Assembly (NCBI GenBank): GCA_036391385.1
Contig: DASWAA010000232.1
Coordinates: 1 to 61,727, forward strand
Source: Streptosporangiaceae bacterium
GTDB taxonomy: Bacteria > Actinomycetota > Actinomycetes > Streptosporangiales > Streptosporangiaceae
Reading direction: 5' to 3'
Length of the DNA stretch: 61,727 nucleotides
Every line of letters begins with the position of its first letter. Within the stretch, counting starts at the first letter, position 1. Under the pieces are notes generated by a model, which was not told the DNA's origin, did no database searches, and worked only from the letters and a program-made list of their open reading frames with translations. This document shows, piece after piece, positions 8,190 to 17,868 of this stretch. The position numbers and the translations under genes were made by a program.

Positions 8190-9035
8190 CTAGTCGCGGT
8201 CGGTCACCGGGTTGCTGAGCGTGCCGATCCCTTCCACGGTGACGCTGACCTCGTCGCCCTTGTCCATCGGCCCGATGCCGGCGGGCGTGCCGGTCAGCAG
8301 CACGTCGCCGGGCAGCAGGGTCATGACCTGGCTCACGAACACCACGAGAGACCGTACGTCGTGCAGCAGCAGCGAGGTTCGCGAGTCCTGCTTCACCTCG
8401 CCATTCAGCCGGGTCGTCAGGGCCAGGTCGGCCGGATCAGCCTCCGTCTCGATCCACGGCCCGAGCGGGCAGAACGTGTCGAAACCCTTCGCCCTGGTCC
8501 ACTGGCCGTCCCTGGCCTGCAGGTCGCGGGCCGTGACGTCGTTGGCACAGGTGTAGCCGAATATCACCTCGCCGGCCCGCTCAGCCGGGACCTCGCGGCA
8601 GAGCCTGCCGATCACGACGGCCAGCTCGCCCTCGTAGTCGACCCGCTCGCTGAGCCGCGTCGGCCGCATGATCGGGTCACCGGGACCGCAGACCGCCGTC
8701 GAGGGCTTGAGAAAGATCACCGGCTCGGCGGGCGGCTCGCCGCCCATCTCCCTTGCGTGGTCGGCGTAGTTCTTCCCGATGCAGATGACCTTGCTCGGCA
8801 GGATCGGAGCGAGCAGGCGGACCTGCGCCAGCGGGAAGCGGGCGCCGGTTAGCTTGATGTCCTCTGCTCGCCCGCCAAACGGGTGCCCGGCGAGCTGGGC
8901 CACGATCAGCTGATCGGTCTCGTGGCCTGCGATGGTCCCGTTGACCGGACCAGGCCCGGGATCAGAGCCTGCGTCCGCGGCCACGACGAGCCCGTAGCTG
9001 ACCTCTGCGTTGTGTGAGAACCTGGCGATCCGCAT
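8190..9035 (-). CDS. Fumarylacetoacetate hydrolase (FAH) family protein
   Basis: The internal start MRIARF (ATG 9035) gives 281 aa. FAH-family motifs are KVICIGKNYADHAREMG, IFLKPSTAV, DYEGELAVVIG and LLPGDVLLTGTPAGIGPM. Confidence 0.88.
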   Translation of the reverse strand: MRIARFSHNAEVSYGLVVAADAGSDPGPGPVNGTIAGHETDQLIVAQLAGHPFGGRAEDIKLTGARFPLAQVRLLAPILPSKVICIGKNYADHAREMGGEPPAEPVIFLKPSTAVCGPGDPIMRPTRLSERVDYEGELAVVIGRLCREVPAERAGEVIFGYTCANDVTARDLQARDGQWTRAKGFDTFCPLGPWIETEADPADLALTTRLNGEVKQDSRTSLLLHDVRSLVVFVSQVMTLLPGDVLLTGTPAGIGPMDKGDEVSVTVEGIGTLSNPVTDRD

Positions 9036-9087
9036 GACCGAAGCGTACCGACGGTCGTCCTGGCCACCCAGGCAGCCGGGTGGTCCT

Positions 9088-9333
9088 TTACTGCAGGTAC
9101 TCCTCGACTTCGGACGACGAGCGCGGTGCGGCCAGGCTCTCGTCGCCGCCGAACTCCCGCCGGGCCCGGCGCTGCCGCAGCAGATCCCAGCACTGGTCCA
9201 GGGCCTCTTCAGCAGACTTGAGCGCGGCCTGCTCCTCTTCGCTCGTGAGCTCGCCGACGGCGAGCCGTGCCCGCAGTGCGCGCTCGGTCTGGATGAGGTC
9301 GTCGATGCGCCCGAGTATCTCCTTGTCGTCCAT
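9088..9333 (-). CDS. Small conserved actinobacterial protein (DUF2630-like)
   Basis: This 81-aa protein reads MDDKEILGRIDDLIQTERALRARL...EEEQAALKSAEEALDQCWDLLRQRRARREFG, the pattern I recognise from DUF2630 proteins. Confidence 0.7.
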   Translation of the reverse strand: MDDKEILGRIDDLIQTERALRARLAVGELTSEEEQAALKSAEEALDQCWDLLRQRRARREFGGDESLAAPRSSSEVEEYLQ

Positions 9334-9426
9334 GCATCTACCCTACGACCGGACCGCCCGGCCACCTCGCTCCCGCCTCGGAACCTGAGTCATCCCGCAG
9401 CAGAACTGGCTATCCCGTTGCCAGGA

Positions 9427-10722
9427 TTACCTGGATGCGCGCGGTGCGGCCCAGATCGCGCCGAGTGCGATGACGAGGGCAAGCGCGACGGGAAGGATAA
9501 GGGCGGTGGCGAGTCCGGCCGCACTGGCCAGACCGCCGATCAGGACCGGGCCGCAGAGCAGGCCCATGTACCCGACTCCCATGACGATGCCGATCGCACC
9601 CGCAGGCCGGCCCGGCCGCGCCTGGCCGGCCAGGGTGATCAGCTGAGGAAACGTGCAGGACAGCCCGGCACCATAGATCGCGAAGCCGGCTACCGCGCCA
9701 GGCGGGCTGGCCGTGATCAGCACCACGGCCATCCCGGCCGCTGCCATCAGGCCGCCAGCCCGCAGTATCGCCATCGAGCCGAACCTGGCCGCCAGCCGAT
9801 CACCGGCCAGCCTCCCGGAGGCCATGGTCAGCGCGAAGGCAGCGAACCCGAGCGCGGCGAACCCGGCCGAGGTACCGACGTTGTCGCGCAGGTAGACCGC
9901 GCTCCAGCCGTCGGCGGCGCCCTCGCCGAGCAGCGAGCAGAACGCCAGCAGGCTCAGTACCAGCAGCGGTGACACCCGGCGCAGTGGCCTGGCCGCGGAC
10001 CCAGCCTCCGGCCCGTCCGGCCCATCCGACCCGGCGGGCTCGCTGGTGACCCCTCCCGCAGAACCTGGAGTAGTCACAGTCACTGGCGCCTGCTGAGGCC
10101 GCCCGGCGGCGGCCAGCGGACCGGATTCCGGATTCGGCATCAGCCAGGCACGGGCCAGGATCGCGAGCACGGCAAGCGGGACGGCGACAGCGGCGAAGTC
10201 GATCGCCGGCCGTACGCCTGCCCAGGCGAACGCACCGCCGATCAGCCCGCCTGCCAGGGCACCGAAGCTGTAGCAGGCGTGAAAAGAGGTCATCAGGGGA
10301 CGACCGCGCGCCTGCTCTACCTGTACTGCCTGGGCGTTCATGCTGACGTCGAGCACCCCGACGGCGATGCCGAAGGCGAGCATCCCGGCCATCAGCGCGG
10401 GCTGGCTCGATGCGACGCCGAACGAGACCGGCAGCAGCGCCACGGCGGCACCGCCGGCCATCGTCGGGGTCCGGCTGCCCGTCCGGTCGATGAACGCGCC
10501 GGCGATCGAGGCTACGGCGAAGGAGCCGGCCGGGCCTGCCAGCAGCGCGAGCCCGAGCATGCCGTCTGACAGGTGCAGCCCGTGAGCGAGTGCGGGGATG
10601 CGCGCCAGCCAGTCGCCGTTCGTGATACCGAGAACGACGAAGTACGCGATCACGGCCAGGCGTGCACGGTGTAGCCGGCTCCGCTCGGCAGCGCCGGCTA
10701 CACCGCCGCCGGCCAGGATCAA
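9427..10722 (-). CDS. MFS transporter (start uncertain)
   Basis: It is polytopic with about 12 hydrophobic segments. The proposed TTG start at 10722 overlaps the ilvE stop (TTGA). The longer track ORF to 10938 would overlap ilvE by about 220 nt. Confidence 0.7.
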   Translation of the reverse strand: MILAGGGVAGAAERSRLHRARLAVIAYFVVLGITNGDWLARIPALAHGLHLSDGMLGLALLAGPAGSFAVASIAGAFIDRTGSRTPTMAGGAAVALLPVSFGVASSQPALMAGMLAFGIAVGVLDVSMNAQAVQVEQARGRPLMTSFHACYSFGALAGGLIGGAFAWAGVRPAIDFAAVAVPLAVLAILARAWLMPNPESGPLAAAGRPQQAPVTVTTPGSAGGVTSEPAGSDGPDGPEAGSAARPLRRVSPLLVLSLLAFCSLLGEGAADGWSAVYLRDNVGTSAGFAALGFAAFALTMASGRLAGDRLAARFGSMAILRAGGLMAAAGMAVVLITASPPGAVAGFAIYGAGLSCTFPQLITLAGQARPGRPAGAIGIVMGVGYMGLLCGPVLIGGLASAAGLATALILPVALALVIALGAIWAAPRASR

Positions 10723-11834
10723 AGGATCTTGTGCACCCAGCCGTACGGGTCCGGCAGTCTGCCGAACTGGATGCCCATGAGTTCCTCGCGGAGCCGCAGG
10801 GTCACCGGGCCAGGCTGGCCGTCGCCGACCTTCCAGCTCCCGGTCGCGCCCTTGACCTCGCCAACCGGGGTGATCACCGCGGCCGTGCCGCAGGCGAAGA
10901 CCTCGGTGATCTCGCCAGACTCGCACCCTTCCCGCCACTGCTCGACCGAGATCTGGCCCTCCGACACCCCGATTCCCAGGTCAGGGGCGAGCGTCAGCAG
11001 CGAGTCCCTGGTGATGCCGGGCAGCAGGGAGCCGGTCAGGGCCGGCGTCATGATCCTGGCATCCGAGCCCGAGCCGTAGACGAAGAACAGGTTCATCCCG
11101 CCCATCTCCTCGACCCAGCGGCGCTCCACCGCGTCGAGCCACACGACCTGGTCACAGCCGTTGTCGATGGCCTGCTGCTGGCCGACGAAAGAGGCGGCGT
11201 AGTTACCGCCGGTCTTGGCCTCGCCGGTGCCGCCGCGGGCGGCCCTGATGTACTCCTCGGATAGCCAGACCGACACGCCGCGCAGCCCGCCGGTGAAGAT
11301 ACCGCCCGACGGCGAGGCGATCACGAGGAACAGGTAGGAGCTGGCCGGACGGCCCACGCCGAGTGCCGCCGTCGTCGCGATCATGAACGGCCGAAGGTAC
11401 AGGCTCTGCTCCGGCCTGGTCGGCACCCAGTCCTTGTCGTGCGTGACAAGCAGCTCGATCGCCTGGACGAACGCGTCCTCGGGCAGCTCCGGCATGGCCA
11501 TCCTGGCGGCTGACCGGCGGAATCGCGCCGCGTTGGCGTACGGCCGGAAGGTCACGACCGGACCGGATTCCTGCCGGTAGGCCTTCATCCCCTCGAAGAT
11601 TTCCTGGCTGTAGTGCAGGACGGCGGTCGCGGGATCGAGCACCAGCGGACCATAGGGCTCGAGCTTGCCGTCGTGCCAGCCGCGGTCGGTCGACCAGCGA
11701 AGCGAGACCATGTGGTCAGTAAAGACCTGGCCGAAGCCAGGAGACTCAAGCAGGCTGGCTCTGACCTCCTCGGGCACTCGCTGCTCGGCTGCGTGGAGAT
11801 CGAAATTTATCCTCGGTATCAGGCTGGCGTTCAT
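10719..11834 (-). CDS. ilvE: Branched-chain amino acid aminotransferase
   Basis: ATG 11834 is preceded by AAGGGAGGA. The sequence contains FTDHMVSLRW...LHYSQEIFEGMKAY...ANAARFRRSAARMAMPEL...LYLRPFM...GEAKTGGNYAAS...GMNLFFV. Confidence 0.92.
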   Translation of the reverse strand: MNASLIPRINFDLHAAEQRVPEEVRASLLESPGFGQVFTDHMVSLRWSTDRGWHDGKLEPYGPLVLDPATAVLHYSQEIFEGMKAYRQESGPVVTFRPYANAARFRRSAARMAMPELPEDAFVQAIELLVTHDKDWVPTRPEQSLYLRPFMIATTAALGVGRPASSYLFLVIASPSGGIFTGGLRGVSVWLSEEYIRAARGGTGEAKTGGNYAASFVGQQQAIDNGCDQVVWLDAVERRWVEEMGGMNLFFVYGSGSDARIMTPALTGSLLPGITRDSLLTLAPDLGIGVSEGQISVEQWREGCESGEITEVFACGTAAVITPVGEVKGATGSWKVGDGQPGPVTLRLREELMGIQFGRLPDPYGWVHKIL

Positions 11835-12013
11835 CGCAGATCCTCCCTTGCGCGGACCACAGCGCCGTTGCTCGATCCGCTGCGGCAACCGTCCCTGCCG
11901 ACGGCCCGCACTTACCATCTTGACCACTTACCAGTGCGGCTGGCCACCCGGCTGACAGGAGTCGGCGAGGCCAGTCGCCTGACGTCGCCGACCGGCCTCC
12001 CGGGCAGCGGCGC

Positions 12014-12214
12014 CTAGCCGGGTACTCGCTCGGCTATGTCGTCGCCCACCTCAGCCGTGCTGCGGGCAGCCCGCTCACCCTGACGCTCAAGCAGGTCCTC
12101 GGCGACCGCTTGCCCGATCCTTGATGCGTCCGCAGCCATGCCAAGATGTTCGCACAGCATCGCCGCCGACAAGATCGCGGCGGTCGGATCAGCAATCCGC
12201 ATACTGCGCACCAT
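12014..12214 (-). pseudogene. leuB: 3'-terminal remnant of 3-isopropylmalate dehydrogenase (last ~60 codons only)
   Basis: RIADPTAAILSAAMLCEHLGMAADASRIGQAVAEDLLERQGERAARSTAEVGDDIAERV matches the LeuB C-terminus (compare mycobacterial GIADPTAAIMS...HLG...TSDVGERIAAAL, from memory). An in-frame TAA lies 3 codons upstream of the ATG, and the neighbouring gene ends 16 nt away. Confidence 0.8.
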
Positions 12215-12230
12215 GCGCGGATCTTAGCGG

Positions 12231-15077
12231 TCAGCTAGCCGTGCTGCGGGCAGTGCCCGCGGCATGGTCGGCCCCTATAGGCTCAGCGGGGCCCGCAGGC
12301 ACCGGCTCCGCCGGGCCCGCCGGCGGCGATCCGGACACCGCGTACATCGCCAGCGGGGCGACGCCCGGGCCCTGGCCGAGGCCGCAGCCCATGGCCACCA
12401 GGTCCGCCCGCTGCTGCGGGTCGCCTATGCCCTCGGCGATCACCTCGATGCCCAGGTCACCGGCGAACGCGATGATAGTCCTGGTGAGCAGGGCAAGCGT
12501 CGAATCCGACGCGAGTCCGGCGACGAGCGAGGAATCGATCTTGACCACGTCCACTCGCTGCTGGCGCAGATAGGCCAGCGACGCGTAGCCGGTGCCGAAC
12601 GACTCGGCGGCCAGCCTGATGCCCTTGCTGCGCAGCCCGGCCAGCGCGATCACCATCGGCCTGGGACACTCGATCAGCTCGTGCTCGGTGATCTCCAGCG
12701 TGAGGGCCTGCGGTGCCAGCTCGGACTCCTCGAGCGCCGCGAGCACCGAGGCGACGAGCCGAACTCCGCTGACCTGGCGGAGGGTGCAGTTCACCGACAG
12801 TCCGACCTGGCGGCCCTGTGATCGCCAGGCGGCGACCTGGCGGCAGGACTCGCGAAGCACCCAGCCCGTCAGCTGGGCGGCCAGGCCAGATTCCTCGGCG
12901 ACTTCCCGCAGCTGGTCTGACGGGATCGTGCCGTCGGAACGGCACCAGCGCACCTGCGCCTCGACCTCGCGCACCGCCCCGGTGGCCAGGTCGACGACCG
13001 GCTCGTAACCGATCTCCAGCCCCCCGCCGGCGATCGCCTGACGCAGTTCGCCTGCTAGCTCGGCCCGCCTTAGCGCGTCAGCCTGCATCGGCGCGGTGAA
13101 GACCTCGACCCGGCCGCCGCCCGCGTCCTGCGCCTTCGCCAGAGCGACGGTCGCGTGGCCGAGCAGGTCCGCGGCCGCGCTGGCCGCGCCCATCGCGACT
13201 CCGACACTGGCGGTCAGCGTGACCTCCCTGGCCGCGACGCTGAACGGCTCGGAGGCGACCTGGCCGGCGAGATGCTCGGCCAGGTCGACGACCTCTCCGG
13301 CGGACATGGCTTCGGTCAGCAGGACCACGAACTCGTCGCCGCTCCACCGGGCGACGGTCGCCGGCGGCGGCACCGCGCCGCGCAGGCGCCGGCCAGCCTG
13401 GGCAAGAACGAGGTCACCGCCCGCCTGCCCGACCAGGTCATTGACGGTGGTAAAGCTGTCGAAGTCCACGAGGATCGCGGCCACGACGAGCTGAGGCAGG
13501 CCAGCCTCCCGCGCCGCGGTGTCGTGCCCGGCAGGCGCGCTCCCGGCAGGCGCGCTCCCGGCAGCCTCCGCCTCGCCCGGCTGCTGCCCGTGAGCTCCCG
13601 CGACCAGACTCTTGACCCGGTCCTCGACGTAGGCACGGTTCGGCAGGCCGGTCAGCCCGTCGTGGAATGTCAGATGGGTCAGCTCCCGGCGCAGCGCGAC
13701 CCGGTCGCTGACGTCGCGCGCGGCGACCAGCAGCCTGGCCGGCTGGTCTGGCTTGCCGTAACGCGACAGCGTGCACTCCACGTGCCGCCAGGAGCCGTCG
13801 GCTCCCCTGATCCGGCCGGCGAACAGCGCGGTCCCGGCCACCGCTCGGAGCCCGGTGACGGCTGCCCTGACTCCGGCTGGCCGGTCCTGCGGATGCACCA
13901 GACCGGCCAGGTGCACCCCGGCAAGCTGCCGCGGCGAGTACCCGAACTCCGCGACCCCCTGGCTGACGTACTCGACCGTGCCGGCCAGATCACAGATCAC
14001 GATCGCGGCGCCGGTCGCGTCCGCCAGCGCACGGAAGATACTGCCGGAGTCGTGCGCGCTGGCCGCCACGGCGCTGGCCTGCCTGGCCAGGCCGGCCAGC
14101 CTTGCCACCAGCAGCAAGACGATGAACGAGCCAGTCACCGCGAGAGCTCGCGTGGTCACCCGGCCGCCGAGCGCGTAGCCGGTGACGACCAGCGCCGCCG
14201 TGGCCACCGCGACTAGGGCGGCGATCGTCGCAGGGCCAGCCAGGAGGCCCGCGGGCCGATGCGCCGCCGGCTCCGGTGCCCCGGACCTGGGCTGGCCAGC
14301 CAGCACGGTCCAGCCTGGCGCCGCCGGAGCGAGCGCGAGCAGCGCGATCGCCACGACTGTCGCCACCCGCGGGCCGGCTCCCGCGACCGTGCCCGCAGCC
14401 CGGTCCCCTACCGCCAGCGAGTCGCCGATGGTGATCACGACGAGCGCGAGTACCGGCAGCAGAGTCAGCCGCAGCTTCCTGAACACGATCCGCAGCAGTA
14501 CCCCGAGCGTTATCAGGTCGGCAACCGGGCGTATCAGTACCAGGGCGAACGCGGCCCGCCCCACGCCGGAACCGGTGTATTCCGGCCAGTAAAGCGTCAC
14601 CAGGCAGATCGCGAACAGCGCTCCGACAAGCAGGCAGCTATCAAGCACGATCCCGCTTGCCGGTCCGCTCCGGCGGGCAGGCCCGGCGGACGCGGCGGAA
14701 CCCGCGGGCCCGGCCTGGCCGCCCGGCTCGGCGCCGCCAGCGTCGCGGCGAAGCCGGCTGAGGCCGGGCGCTCCGGCCTGGTCAGCCTCTCCCGGGACGA
14801 ACGGCGAGGTGAGAGTAGCCAGGCCGATCACGATCGCCGGCAGCGCGGCGAGACTGATCAGGTCGGCCAGTCGAAGCGGCTGCGGCCCGCCGATCAGCCC
14901 GCCGAGCGCCTGCTGCACCGTACCGCCCGCAGCCAGGCAGACCGCCGCGACCGCGAGCCAGCGATATCCGTTCTTAACGGAGTCCTCGGGATGGGTCGAT
15001 GCCCGCAGCAGGCGCACGCACGCGGCAGCTGCCACGAGCGTCCAGGTGGCTGACCACGCCAGCACCGCCGGGCTCAC
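12231..15077 (-). CDS. Membrane-bound PAS-GGDEF-EAL protein with degenerate catalytic motifs
   Basis: It has a polytopic N-terminal region of about 330 aa and a PAS-like segment. The GGDEF domain reads HDGLTGLPNR...RWSGDEFVVLL. The EAL domain reads EAQVRW, EITEHE, ESFGTGYASL, KIDSSLV, AEGIGD and GQG. Confidence 0.88.
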   Translation of the reverse strand: MSPAVLAWSATWTLVAAAACVRLLRASTHPEDSVKNGYRWLAVAAVCLAAGGTVQQALGGLIGGPQPLRLADLISLAALPAIVIGLATLTSPFVPGEADQAGAPGLSRLRRDAGGAEPGGQAGPAGSAASAGPARRSGPASGIVLDSCLLVGALFAICLVTLYWPEYTGSGVGRAAFALVLIRPVADLITLGVLLRIVFRKLRLTLLPVLALVVITIGDSLAVGDRAAGTVAGAGPRVATVVAIALLALAPAAPGWTVLAGQPRSGAPEPAAHRPAGLLAGPATIAALVAVATAALVVTGYALGGRVTTRALAVTGSFIVLLLVARLAGLARQASAVAASAHDSGSIFRALADATGAAIVICDLAGTVEYVSQGVAEFGYSPRQLAGVHLAGLVHPQDRPAGVRAAVTGLRAVAGTALFAGRIRGADGSWRHVECTLSRYGKPDQPARLLVAARDVSDRVALRRELTHLTFHDGLTGLPNRAYVEDRVKSLVAGAHGQQPGEAEAAGSAPAGSAPAGHDTAAREAGLPQLVVAAILVDFDSFTTVNDLVGQAGGDLVLAQAGRRLRGAVPPPATVARWSGDEFVVLLTEAMSAGEVVDLAEHLAGQVASEPFSVAAREVTLTASVGVAMGAASAAADLLGHATVALAKAQDAGGGRVEVFTAPMQADALRRAELAGELRQAIAGGGLEIGYEPVVDLATGAVREVEAQVRWCRSDGTIPSDQLREVAEESGLAAQLTGWVLRESCRQVAAWRSQGRQVGLSVNCTLRQVSGVRLVASVLAALEESELAPQALTLEITEHELIECPRPMVIALAGLRSKGIRLAAESFGTGYASLAYLRQQRVDVVKIDSSLVAGLASDSTLALLTRTIIAFAGDLGIEVIAEGIGDPQQRADLVAMGCGLGQGPGVAPLAMYAVSGSPPAGPAEPVPAGPAEPIGADHAAGTARSTAS
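13527..13564. repeat. In-frame 15-nt tandem repeat (2.5 copies) inside the GGDEF-EAL gene
   Basis: CCCGGCAGGCGCGCT occurs twice, followed by CCCGGCAG. On the minus strand it encodes GSAPAGSAPAG in an inter-domain linker. Confidence 0.8.
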
Positions 15078-15387
15078 TTCGGCCCTCCCAGCCCTTCCGC
15101 CCCATCCATGCTTCCCGCCTGTCCCCTTTCAATGGCCGCAGCCCCAGCGATAGTGCGTGATTGAGAGAAATGAACTGCCCTGGCTCCCCACTGCAGAAGG
15201 CGGCGCTGCGGCCTGCGGGAGACGTTGTTCCAGGCGACTGAGGCCGACTTTACGTGCCTCAGGTCACGCTTCGATTGAGGAAAGACGTACGACCGACGAC
15301 AAGTTCCGCAGAGTCGGCTCAGCGCGGGTCGGCTGCGCCACGTGCGCGCCGGTTATTCGGCTGATCCGGGAGCCGGATCCGGCGTGG

Positions 15388-16302
15388 TCAGTACTCGCCG
15401 GTGATGACGTTGACGAGCGGGGTGCCAGTCAGGTACCGCTCGACCTGCGCGCGCAGGAAGCCAAGTACGGCCAGTGCCGAGACGGCCGTCGTCGCGGCGA
15501 TGTGCGGCGTAATCAGGGCGTTCGGCATGGACCACAGCGGATGCCCGGCCGGAAGCGGCTCAGGGTCGGTCACGTCGAGCGCGGCATGCAGGCGGCCGGT
15601 CCGCAGCTCAGCGCACAGGTCGTCGGTCACGACCAGCGTGCCGCGAGCGACGTTGACGAGCAGCGCGCCGTCCTTCATCGCCGCCAGAAACCCGGCGTCG
15701 ACCATGCCGATGGTCGCCGCGGTCACCGGCGCGAGCATGACGACGACGTCGGCTTGCGGCAGCAGCCCGGGCAGGTCAGCGATCGGGTGCACGCCCTCCC
15801 TGGCCGACCGGGCCACGCGCACGATTGTGGCGTCGAATCCGGCCAGCCGCTGGTCGACCGCGGCTCCGATCGAGCCGTAGCCGACGATCAGGACCGTCCG
15901 GCCGGCCAGCGATCCGGTGAACCTGTTCGACCAGCGCCCGGCCGCCTGCTCGGCGGCGAAGTACGGGAACTGCCGCAGCGCCGCCAGGATCGCCGCCACC
16001 ACCCATTCGGCGGTACTTGCGTCGTGCACGCCGCGGGCGTTGCAGAGCACCGCCCCGGCGGGGACGTGCGGCCGAAGCACGTCGATGCCGGCCGTCAGTG
16101 TCTGCACGACCTTGAGCCCGGGCATGGCGTCGAGCGCGGCCACCGCCGGCGCGCGCGGGAACAGCGGGGGGACGTAGAACTCCACCTTCGCCGCCGACGC
16201 AGGCAGGTCCGTGCCGTCGTCCGGGTCGACCACCTCGATCTCGACCCCGTCGAGGCCGTCGAGGGCGCTGACCACCGCCTGGAGCGGGACCCAGATCAGC
16301 AT
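15388..16302 (-). CDS. D-isomer-specific 2-hydroxyacid dehydrogenase family protein (NAD-binding)
   Basis: It has the Rossmann motif GRTVLIVGYGSIGAAV, and also LLVNVARG and the C-terminal ITPHIA characteristic of the family. Confidence 0.85.
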   Translation of the reverse strand: MLIWVPLQAVVSALDGLDGVEIEVVDPDDGTDLPASAAKVEFYVPPLFPRAPAVAALDAMPGLKVVQTLTAGIDVLRPHVPAGAVLCNARGVHDASTAEWVVAAILAALRQFPYFAAEQAAGRWSNRFTGSLAGRTVLIVGYGSIGAAVDQRLAGFDATIVRVARSAREGVHPIADLPGLLPQADVVVMLAPVTAATIGMVDAGFLAAMKDGALLVNVARGTLVVTDDLCAELRTGRLHAALDVTDPEPLPAGHPLWSMPNALITPHIAATTAVSALAVLGFLRAQVERYLTGTPLVNVITGEY

Positions 16303-16305
16303 CTG

Positions 16306-17868
16306 TCAGCCCTGAGCGAGCTGGCGCAGGATCAGCTCACGGACGCTGGCGGCGTCTGCCTGGCCGCCGGTCGCCTTCATGACCGCGCCGACCAGCGCTC
16401 CGGCAGCCGCGGTCTTCCCGTCGCGGATCTTCGCCGCGATATCGGGGTTGGCGGCGATGGCCTCGTCGACCGCGGCGGCGAGCACGCTCGTGTCGGTGAC
16501 CACGGCCAGGCTCCGGGCCGCCACTACCTCGTCCGGCGATCCCTCACCGGCAAGTACGCCGTCAAGCACCTGCCTGGCGAGCTTGTTGTTCAGCTCTCCG
16601 GAGGCCACGAGCTCACAGATCCTGGCTACCTGGGCCGGGGTTACCGCGAGCGCGCCGAGCTCCGCGCCGACCTCGTTCGCCCGCCTCGATAGCTCGGTGA
16701 GCCACCAGTTACGAGCCTGATCGGCGGGCGCTCCGGCCGCGACCGTCTCGGCGACGAGCTCCAGCGCGCCGGCGTTGCGCAGGGCGGTCATGTCGAGCTC
16801 GGACAGCCCGAGCTCCGCCTGCAGCCTGACCCGCCGCGCCGCGGGAAGTTCAGGCAGCCCGGCCCTGATCAGCTCCACCCACTCCGCCGCCGGAGCGACC
16901 GGCACCAGGTCGGGCTCGGGGAAGTAGCGGTAGTCCTGAGCCTCTTCCTTGCTGCGCCCAGGTGTCGTGGAGCCGCTGTCCTCGTGGAAATGCCTGGTCT
17001 CCTGCACGATCCGGCCGCCCGCGTCAAGAATCCCGGCCTGCCGCTCGATCTCCGATCGCACGGCCCGCTCTACCGAGCGCAGCGAGTTGACGTTCTTGGT
17101 CTCGGTCCTGGTACCCCATCGCGCCGACTCCGGTGGCGCGATCGAGGTGTTGACGTCGCAGCGCATCGAGCCCTGCTCCATGCGCACATCGGAGACGCCG
17201 AGCGCGCGCACCAGGTCGCGCAGCTCGGTCACGTAGGCCCGGGCGACCGTCGGTGCCAGCGCACCGGTCCCGGCGACCGGCTTCGTCACGACCTCGACCA
17301 GCGGGATCCCGGCCCTGTTGTAGTCGACGAGCGAGTACTCGGCACCGTGGATCCGACCGGTCGTCCCGCCGACATGCAGCGACTTACCGGTGTCCTCCTC
17401 CAGATGCACCCGCTCGATGCCGACCCGGAAGGTACGGCCGTCCACCTCCACGTCGAGCCAGCCATCGGTGCATAGCGGCTCGTCGTACTGCGAGATCTGG
17501 AAGTCCTTCGGCATGTCGGGATAGAAGTAGTTCTTCCGCGCGAACCGGCACCAGGACGCGATCGAGCAGTTCAGGGCAAGCCCGATCCTGATCGTGTACT
17601 CGATCGCCGCCTCGTTGATGACCGGCAGCGAGCCAGGCAGGCCGAGGCAGACCGGGCAGACCGCCGAGTTGGGATCGGCGCCGAACACCGTCGGGCAGCC
17701 GCAGAACATCTTCGAGTTCGTGCCAAGCTCGATATGGGTCTCCAGCCCGATCACCGGGTCGTACCTGTCGACGGCCTCGTCGAACGGGACCGGCCGGCTA
17801 GCCACGCTCATGGTCGCCGCCAGGTTCGCCTGCGTCATCGTCGCGCTCCCGTCATCGCGGCGCGTCAT
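16306..17868 (-). CDS. gatB: Asp-tRNA(Asn)/Glu-tRNA(Gln) amidotransferase subunit B
   Basis: ATG 17868 overlaps the gatA stop (ATGA). The sequence contains [21 protein letters not shown]...[14 protein letters not shown]...[21 protein letters not shown]. Confidence 0.93.
   Translation of the reverse strand: MTRRDDGSATMTQANLAATMSVASRPVPFDEAVDRYDPVIGLETHIELGTNSKMFCGCPTVFGADPNSAVCPVCLGLPGSLPVINEAAIEYTIRIGLALNCSIASWCRFARKNYFYPDMPKDFQISQYDEPLCTDGWLDVEVDGRTFRVGIERVHLEEDTGKSLHVGGTTGRIHGAEYSLVDYNRAGIPLVEVVTKPVAGTGALAPTVARAYVTELRDLVRALGVSDVRMEQGSMRCDVNTSIAPPESARWGTRTETKNVNSLRSVERAVRSEIERQAGILDAGGRIVQETRHFHEDSGSTTPGRSKEEAQDYRYFPEPDLVPVAPAAEWVELIRAGLPELPAARRVRLQAELGLSELDMTALRNAGALELVAETVAAGAPADQARNWWLTELSRRANEVGAELGALAVTPAQVARICELVASGELNNKLARQVLDGVLAGEGSPDEVVAARSLAVVTDTSVLAAAVDEAIAANPDIAAKIRDGKTAAAGALVGAVMKATGGQADAASVRELILRQLAQG

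Noticed and set aside
9036-9365. A 110-codon N-terminal extension of the FAH-family ORF.
   Set aside because: The extension overlaps the conserved DUF2630-like gene in another frame and is Arg/Ser/Pro-rich. FAH homology starts at MRIARF (9035).
10723-10938. A longer start for the MFS transporter ORF.
   Set aside because: It would overlap about 220 nt of the ilvE 3' end, and the translated extension is Arg/Gly-rich and non-hydrophobic. The TTG at 10722 gives a TTGA overlap with the ilvE stop, though this start remains uncertain.
13527-13564. Short direct repeats that might suggest a CRISPR or VNTR locus.
   Set aside because: There are only 2.5 copies of a 15-nt unit with no spacers. The repeat is in frame inside a coding linker (GSAPAGSAPAG).
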